42,057 nucleotides of DNA, taken from positions 1-42,057 of IMG/VR virus record IMGVR_UViG_3300044606_000055, one strand, 5' to 3'. Numbering within the stretch: the first letter of the stretch is position 1; each line of letters starts with the position of its first letter. The translations under genes were made by a program, and so were the position numbers. Of the stretch, positions 36,011 through 42,057 are shown piece after piece. Under the pieces are notes generated by a model. It was not told the DNA's origin and ran no database searches. It saw only the letters and a list, made by a program, of their open reading frames with translations. Source of the DNA: a virus (lineage: Duplodnaviria > Caudoviricetes).

Positions 36011-36469
36011 ATGGCGGGAACTCCTTATAGTGAGATTATTGATCTTGCCTTGATTTCTATTCGAGATTATAAACTTGATGCTTTGTATGCATCTTCACCA
36101 ACTAATTGGGCGAAGTATTTGCAAGGTTTCATGGTGCGAGGATTGAATAACTTTGACAATTGTAGGCAGGATTTGGACGATAGAAACGATACGGCTGCAA
36201 CGTTTAATATTACACTTACATCATTGGAAAAAAGCATTATTGCTGACTGGACAGTGATAATGTGGTATGACAGTGAATTGGATGACAGCAGACAAATTAC
36301 TGGCATGATACAAGATTCTAAGGTTGCCAAAAGATTTTCCGAGGCCAATTTACTTGATTCTAAATCACATCGCAGAGCCATGAAATATGAAGAAGTGCGT
36401 AACAAAATGAACAGATATGTTAGTAATAACATTGATGATTATTTAAGTGAGGATGCGCTTAATGCCTAA
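36011..36469 (+). CDS. putative head-tail adaptor
   Basis: TPYSEIID..., FNITLTSLEKSIIA, SEANLL; position. Confidence 0.6.
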   Translation: MAGTPYSEIIDLALISIRDYKLDALYASSPTNWAKYLQGFMVRGLNNFDNCRQDLDDRNDTAATFNITLTSLEKSIIADWTVIMWYDSELDDSRQITGMIQDSKVAKRFSEANLLDSKSHRRAMKYEEVRNKMNRYVSNNIDDYLSEDALNA

Positions 36470-36806
36470 ATATAATATTTCTCTTACGAGCGAAAAAGAA
36501 ATTAACATTTTGAGAAATCAAGTTTGGAAATTGCTTCCAATTATTGAAGGAAAGGATGTTTCTGGCAAGGTTATTTATGAAGAATTGATTGCGAGAAGTA
36601 ACTTCCGTAAGAATTTAATTATTCTTGTAAATAAGGTGGCGGGTGCAAGTCAAGTATGGTTTGAAAATCAATATTGGCGCGATCTTTTATATCAGTTAAA
36701 CGGATTGCTGGCTTATGATTATCCGCACGATCAAGTCCGTCAAATTGTAATGTATTGCACAAACGAATTGTGCGAAAAAATGAAGGAGGGGATTCGCAGT
36801 GGGTGA
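36462..36806 (+). CDS. hypothetical morphogenesis protein
   Basis: ORF track trimmed to MPKYN; GAGG RBS. Confidence 0.65.
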   Translation: MPKYNISLTSEKEINILRNQVWKLLPIIEGKDVSGKVIYEELIARSNFRKNLIILVNKVAGASQVWFENQYWRDLLYQLNGLLAYDYPHDQVRQIVMYCTNELCEKMKEGIRSG

Positions 36807-37782
36807 TTATCCATATTATGAGTCATGGTCAAGCATTCGCGTATCTCCCAAGCAATCATATATTAATGATTTCAATGCCATAAATGAGTTGGCTTTTGTT
36901 AATGCCCCAGATGTTTTTACGGACATTACAGAGGAATCTTCAGTTGGTAGTGGCACTTATTCGTCAATAGTTGCTAGAGTTGATTCAGTCGTTGATACGA
37001 AGACTGGTAATAAGCTTGGTGATGACTGGAAAACTTTTATATTTTATCCGAATGGAAATCGCAGATCGCTTGGGACTCGATTCCAATGGAATAGTAATTA
37101 TTGGATTTCAGTAAACGCTAGTAATTATGAAAGCTTATCGAATTCATGCGTAGTTCGTCGTTGCAACAACACGCTACAAAAGCGAAAGCCAGATGGCACA
37201 CTAGTACAAGAACCTTGTATTATCGACTATGGCTATTATATTGAAGATGCTTTTAATATAACCAGATATACAGTTTTAGCCGAAGGTGAAATTATAGTTA
37301 TTGCGCAAAACAATGCAAATACGAGATTATTTGATATCAGTGATGAGGTGCCGTTCAATGGTCAATATTTTAAGATAGAATCAAAGAAAAACTTTCTTAA
37401 TAATACGACATACGACGATGATTCTCCGCTGATTGTATGGAAGATGACACTTGTTAATGCGAGTGGAGATGGCGACATAACCCCCACTGCTGAAATTCTC
37501 ATTATGCCGGAAGATGTGCGGTCAATTGTGTTGGGTGATACGCAGACTTTTACATGCTATAAGTTTAAAAACGGGATACGCGCAACGGATACGTTCACGT
37601 TTAGTGTTGATCCGTCTTCTCAGGTTTCTGCGTCAAAATATACACTTACAACTATTAATGGCAATTCATTTTCTGTCAAGAACAATGCGCGGGATGAGAG
37701 TAATGCGCTAATTGTTTTGTGTACGGACGTGGCTGATGCAACAACACAAAAAGCGTTCATCTGGTTAGGCGGTGATTGGTAA
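36799..37782 (+). CDS. putative head-closure/head-tail joining protein
   Basis: RRCNNTL..PCIID motif; C-terminal beta-rich domain; position. Confidence 0.55.
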   Translation: MGDYPYYESWSSIRVSPKQSYINDFNAINELAFVNAPDVFTDITEESSVGSGTYSSIVARVDSVVDTKTGNKLGDDWKTFIFYPNGNRRSLGTRFQWNSNYWISVNASNYESLSNSCVVRRCNNTLQKRKPDGTLVQEPCIIDYGYYIEDAFNITRYTVLAEGEIIVIAQNNANTRLFDISDEVPFNGQYFKIESKKNFLNNTTYDDDSPLIVWKMTLVNASGDGDITPTAEILIMPEDVRSIVLGDTQTFTCYKFKNGIRATDTFTFSVDPSSQVSASKYTLTTINGNSFSVKNNARDESNALIVLCTDVADATTQKAFIWLGGDW

Positions 37783-38321
37783 TGGTAGAGCATGACTACA
37801 ACAAGTTCACTGGATTTAGCGGTTTATCTTATAATATTATAAGCCACTTGATTAATAATGATGAAGTGCTGTGGAAGTTGCTGAAACATCCCACTCCTGA
37901 TGCGTTGTCCAAAACCAATTTAACCAAGTCTGAAAAATCTGCCTTGATTTATAGAGGGCAAGAGGATTCAACTCCGTTCCGCGTTTTTACGTCTCCATTT
38001 GTAGATGATGCTATTGAAAGGCGACAAACTCAGATTCATGTTTATACGGGCAGAGTTAATCCAGAAAATTATGTTACGAGCGTCGTAGACTTTGTATGCG
38101 ATGTCATCTGCCATAATAAAATTGCGATTTTATCTAACGCCGCGAATAGACTTGATGTGATGTTCGAGCATGTGATGAATGCGCTGAATGGTAGAGATAT
38201 TGAGAGTTTGGGGCGTTTGTATTTTAATGCTGCGCGAAGTCGCGGAAACGGCAGCAATTTTATTAAGCCTAATAATTATTATATTGGGTATAGGATAGTG
38301 ATGAGTGCTAATGTCGGATGA
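37782..38321 (+). CDS. putative tail completion/terminator protein
   Basis: Position upstream of tail tube; LWKLLK, DVICH, RLDVM. Confidence 0.5.
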   Translation: MVEHDYNKFTGFSGLSYNIISHLINNDEVLWKLLKHPTPDALSKTNLTKSEKSALIYRGQEDSTPFRVFTSPFVDDAIERRQTQIHVYTGRVNPENYVTSVVDFVCDVICHNKIAILSNAANRLDVMFEHVMNALNGRDIESLGRLYFNAARSRGNGSNFIKPNNYYIGYRIVMSANVG

Positions 38322-39099
38322 ATATGAAAAAAGTTATACTTATGATTATCCCATAGAAATAAATGGATTAAATATCTATCCCGTTACAATGCGACACTAT
38401 ATTGAGTTTTTTGATAACATTGGATGCTTGTTAATTAATAAAAACAGAATTCCAGATGCTCAAGTAATCAGTATGTCGTATTTGGCGTTTTTATATTATA
38501 TTTCCATACAAACAGATTTTTTAGCAAATCTTGAAAATTTATTATTTATGTGTTTTCGGTTAGATAGAACAAAACACACAATAGACTTTAATGCAGATGA
38601 AAAAAATAAACCCTGCATTATCATATATGAAAAAGAAAATCATAACAAATGGCAATTTTCCCATAAGGACTTTAATAAGATTCGTACAATAATTTGTGGA
38701 CAAAACTTAGTTGAATTACCAAACGACAAGATTGATCCAAAATTAGAAGCGGCATTACTTGAAACACAAGCGTATATCAATAAACAGAACAATACCATAA
38801 AAATAATATCGCTTGAAGATCAAATGATTTCCGTTATGATTAACACCGCCCTAACTTGGGATTCCATTATTAATCTTTCAATTCGTAAATTTGTTAAAAT
38901 CCTTGAACGCAAAAATAAAGAATTACATTATCAAATTTATAAATCTGCCCAAATGGGCGGAATGGTCGAATTTAAAAATCCCATTACGCATTACCTTTAT
39001 GATGATAATCGAGATAAGTATGAAAGTTTAATAACGGATTATGACGAGTTTAAGGGGAAAGTTGGCAAGGTTGCAGATATACAAAAAGGAGGAAATTAA
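38311..39099 (+). CDS. hypothetical tail-module protein (chaperone-like)
   Basis: IYPVTM, DFNKIRTIICGQN, LSIRKF; position. Confidence 0.55.
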   Translation: MSDEYEKSYTYDYPIEINGLNIYPVTMRHYIEFFDNIGCLLINKNRIPDAQVISMSYLAFLYYISIQTDFLANLENLLFMCFRLDRTKHTIDFNADEKNKPCIIIYEKENHNKWQFSHKDFNKIRTIICGQNLVELPNDKIDPKLEAALLETQAYINKQNNTIKIISLEDQMISVMINTALTWDSIINLSIRKFVKILERKNKELHYQIYKSAQMGGMVEFKNPITHYLYDDNRDKYESLITDYDEFKGKVGKVADIQKGGN

Positions 39100-40155
39100 A
39101 TGTCGAAGAAATTCATGGTGGGCGTAGGTATCGCCTACGCGTATGACACATCTGAGAATTTGCTTTTTATGTCAAAAACATTAAGCACTTCTGGAATAGA
39201 AATTTCAACAAGTAATTCCGAGGTGAGGGCGGGTCAGGGTAATGCCCTCCAGTACGTCTATTATCACTCTGGGGCGATGTCGCTGAATTTGACGGATGTA
39301 CAGTGGAATTTATCCATGCTGGCCGCTAATGTTGGTTCCAGTATTGTCACTGGTAATAATGTCTGGGTTGAAGAAACCGTGACCGTAACTGGCGGCGCTG
39401 GTTCCGTGGTAGGCACCCCCATTGTGTCGCCGGATGGCTCTAGCGTTAAGTACGGTTGGGTTACTAACAACATTACTGGCGTTACAGAAAAAGTTTCGTT
39501 CAGCACAAAAGCGTTCACAACCACTGTTGCTACTAATGGCGATGTTTGTGTGCGTTACTATAGTGCAGATTCTGCATCTCGTAGCGTTCAGATTAATGCC
39601 AGTTTTATACCTACTATTGCTAGAATCGTTATTGACACGCAGTTGGCATCGAGCGAAACAGATGTAAGTTCTGGATCGATTATTGGTAAGGTTCAGTGCG
39701 AGCTTCCGAGAGCGCAGTTCTCAGGAGCGCAGACTATCAACATGGCATCCGATGGAACCAGCACCACCGATTTGACTGCTATGGCCTTAAGCTATGAGTC
39801 TGGTTCTGGCGGATGTGCTTCTGGCGGGTATTACGCAAAAATTACTGAAATTATCGATAGCGCAAATTGGTATGACGAGGTTATCGCGCTCGCTCCGAGC
39901 GATGCAGATATTGATTTGCTGACCACTGATTCCGATTTAACTATGACAATTTATGCCATTCCTGCATCGGGGTCGGCATTTGTAGCACCAAACGCCGACT
40001 TAGATTTCTCAAGTTCTACGGTTGGAACCTGCACAGTTGGAGCGCATACGGGTATTATCCATCCTGTTGGGGCTGGCTCGTCTACGATTAGTGTTGCAAT
40101 AACGGCAAAACCAACCGTAACAGGAGCGGCTAGTGTGACTGTAGCAACACCTTAA
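39100..40155 (+). CDS. major tail (tube) protein with C-terminal Ig-like domain
   Basis: EVRAGQGN..YYHS motif; S/T/G-rich; C-terminal FSSS..TCTV...GIIHPVGAGSSTISV. Confidence 0.75.
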   Translation: MSKKFMVGVGIAYAYDTSENLLFMSKTLSTSGIEISTSNSEVRAGQGNALQYVYYHSGAMSLNLTDVQWNLSMLAANVGSSIVTGNNVWVEETVTVTGGAGSVVGTPIVSPDGSSVKYGWVTNNITGVTEKVSFSTKAFTTTVATNGDVCVRYYSADSASRSVQINASFIPTIARIVIDTQLASSETDVSSGSIIGKVQCELPRAQFSGAQTINMASDGTSTTDLTAMALSYESGSGGCASGGYYAKITEIIDSANWYDEVIALAPSDADIDLLTTDSDLTMTIYAIPASGSAFVAPNADLDFSSSTVGTCTVGAHTGIIHPVGAGSSTISVAITAKPTVTGAASVTVATP

Positions 40156-40267
40156 TAATTAATAAAATTTTATCTCACACATCTAGCTAATGCGTGTTTC
40201 AGAGAAGAGGGGTATGCTGCAACATACCCCTCTTAGCATTTCTTTTTGCAGAAAGGAATTTTATAAA

Positions 40268-41227
40268 ATGGTTGATTGGAATCAATTAATTGAGATTAAA
40301 TTATCTAATAGAAATATTAAACATCTAAAAGATAAGGGATATGATGTTGACAAGTATAAAATCAGAAAGATTCACCCTTCTGGCGTTAAGTCTTCTAGAT
40401 GGTGTGTTCCCCAAGGAACAACAATATCTATTCCATTATATGATTTATCTGAAAATTCAAGTTATAAAATAAAAATTGTTTGCGACTATTGCGGGGAAAC
40501 TTTCTATTCTACGTTCAATTCATATAAAACAAGACTTAAACAATCTATTACTAAAAAAGATGCTTGTAAATATTGCATACCAGCTAAAAAAAATGAATCT
40601 TTGGTTTTTGATAAATTTGAAGGTGTAAAACCATTGTTTGAAGAAATGAACTGTACATTACTCAGTGAACAAGAGTTTGTTAAAAGTAACGATGTTCTTT
40701 ATTATATTTGTAATAACCACCCAGATAAAATACAATATGTTCGTTATCATAACATTAAACGTGGGCAAGGGATATGTAAAGAATGTGGATATGAAAAACG
40801 TAGTGGCACCAATCATTATAACTGGAATGGTGGAACATCTTCTCTTTCAGAATATTTAAGACATAAAATAAATCCGTGGAAATATGATTCATTAAAGCAA
40901 TATAATTTCAAATGCGCCTTGTCTGGATCAAAAAGTAAAAGCGTGATAGTTCATCATTTAGTTTCGTTTTCTGAAATAGTTAAAGAAACATTGGATTCTT
41001 TAAGTTTAGATTTTAAAGAAAACATTTCATTATATACCGAAAAAGAATTAGAACTTATTTCTAATAAATGTTTAGAACTGCATTATCAAAACGGGCTTGG
41101 AATACCACTATTACCCTCATTGCACGATGCTTTTCATCGTGAATATTTGTATGGCAAAAACACAAAAGAACAATTCGAAGAGTTTCGTCAACGCTATCTA
41201 GCAGGAGAGTTCTCCGATGTTGTGTGA
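40268..41227 (+). CDS. HNH homing endonuclease with Zn-ribbon repeats
   Basis: CDYCG, CKYC, CKEC, NWNGG, CALSG..VHH..NGLGIPL..LHDAFH..YG.NT.EQF; start MVDWN. Confidence 0.75.
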   Translation: MVDWNQLIEIKLSNRNIKHLKDKGYDVDKYKIRKIHPSGVKSSRWCVPQGTTISIPLYDLSENSSYKIKIVCDYCGETFYSTFNSYKTRLKQSITKKDACKYCIPAKKNESLVFDKFEGVKPLFEEMNCTLLSEQEFVKSNDVLYYICNNHPDKIQYVRYHNIKRGQGICKECGYEKRSGTNHYNWNGGTSSLSEYLRHKINPWKYDSLKQYNFKCALSGSKSKSVIVHHLVSFSEIVKETLDSLSLDFKENISLYTEKELELISNKCLELHYQNGLGIPLLPSLHDAFHREYLYGKNTKEQFEEFRQRYLAGEFSDVV

Positions 41228-41702
41228 ATTTAGCAAAGATTTAAGTCAGGGTTTAGAATCTAAACTCTGGTGTAATATATTAAACCAGCCATGTGGATAT
41301 TACCGTTTTTGTACAAGCAAAAAATGTATTGTCATGCTGGAATCCTACAAAAATTGTCCGAAACGAGGTGAACAAATGGGCAGACCAAAGAAATCCGAAA
41401 TCGAGACCAATATAAACGCAGAAACCATAGAGCAGGAATCCCCCTCCCCCATCGAACCCGAAACTGAACATGAGGCTACCGCCTCCCCCATTATTGAAGA
41501 AAAACCAAAAAAAGAGAAAATTAAGACTTACAAAATTATATGCGAAGTTTTACATAAAACTCCCACTAAATTTGCCATTAGCATTTTTGGCGATGGAATA
41601 TTATTGAACGATAAATCTGCAATTAAGACAGATAAGGTAGAAATTACATATTCGGGTCAATACCCCGAATCATTTGAAATAGTTTCATATAAATTCATTT
41701 AA
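41217..41702 (+). CDS. hypothetical protein (Cys-rich N-terminus)
   Basis: ORF track. Confidence 0.65.
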   Translation: MLCEFSKDLSQGLESKLWCNILNQPCGYYRFCTSKKCIVMLESYKNCPKRGEQMGRPKKSEIETNINAETIEQESPSPIEPETEHEATASPIIEEKPKKEKIKTYKIICEVLHKTPTKFAISIFGDGILLNDKSAIKTDKVEITYSGQYPESFEIVSYKFI

Positions 41703-41729
41703 AAACAATATGACGAGGCGGTATGACAT

Positions 41730-42057
41730 ATGGAGAATTCAAATATGGAAAAGCGCATAGAGCGTTGTGAGGATGATATAAAAAAATTATCTGAGGGCAT
41801 TGTTGAAACAAAGGTTAATACAAGTAATATACAAAAAATTGTTGACGATTTTAGTGATTATATAAAGCGTAGCATTGAAACCTTAACAAAGATAGATGCG
41901 CGGCTTAGTAACCTTGACAGTGCCCAGCAAAGATTTGAAAAGAAATTATGTGAAATAGAAGATAAAGTCGATGAAAATGAAGAATCCCATAAGGTTGATT
42001 ACCGTCCTATTACTAAAAATATCATATCTAAGGTTATTACTGGAGTGATTATGGCGG
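41730..42057 (+). CDS. coiled-coil protein with incipient C-terminal hydrophobic helix (XhlA/holin-like), 3'-partial
   Basis: Manually read MENSNMEKRIERCEDDIKKL...NIISKVITGVIMA. Confidence 0.6.
   Translation, partial: MENSNMEKRIERCEDDIKKLSEGIVETKVNTSNIQKIVDDFSDYIKRSIETLTKIDARLSNLDSAQQRFEKKLCEIEDKVDENEESHKVDYRPITKNIISKVITGVIMA

Overview
A 42-kb segment of a large temperate Firmicutes (probably clostridial) siphovirus. The gene order resembles SPbeta/c-st-type phages; this is from recalled synteny, no search was run. LEFT ARM (1-17.6 kb, all minus strand): about 55 mostly small accessory/early genes, including a stand-alone DUF262 protein, an orphan adenine methyltransferase, an XRE-HTH/Zn-finger protein and an ArdA-like acidic protein. 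CENTRE (17.6-19.95 kb): non-coding divergence region with a structured leader, LexA-like boxes, a ~185-bp AT-rich palindrome plus direct repeats, and a consensus sigmaA promoter. RIGHT ARM (plus strand): sigma-like regulator, HU, metallophosphoesterase, a frameshifted TnpB-only IS200/IS605 element, a tyrosine integrase with intact attP (tRNA 3' end), RuvC-like resolvase, terminase, portal, ferritin-like protein, protease/scaffold, capsid, head-tail and major tail genes, and an HNH endonuclease. The most striking unexplained signal is that left-arm gene junctions are punctuated by three distinct repeat systems. (A) 26 copies of the palindrome TARAW-N6-WTYTA at stop-codon/RBS junctions, resembling tyrosine-recombinase core sites around gene cassettes. 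(B) 14 co-oriented copies of a bipartite CGTGG-N13-CTGTTAC site with invariant spacing. (C) Long imperfect hairpins at most junctions from 13.4 to 17.6 kb. All functions proposed for these repeats are inference.
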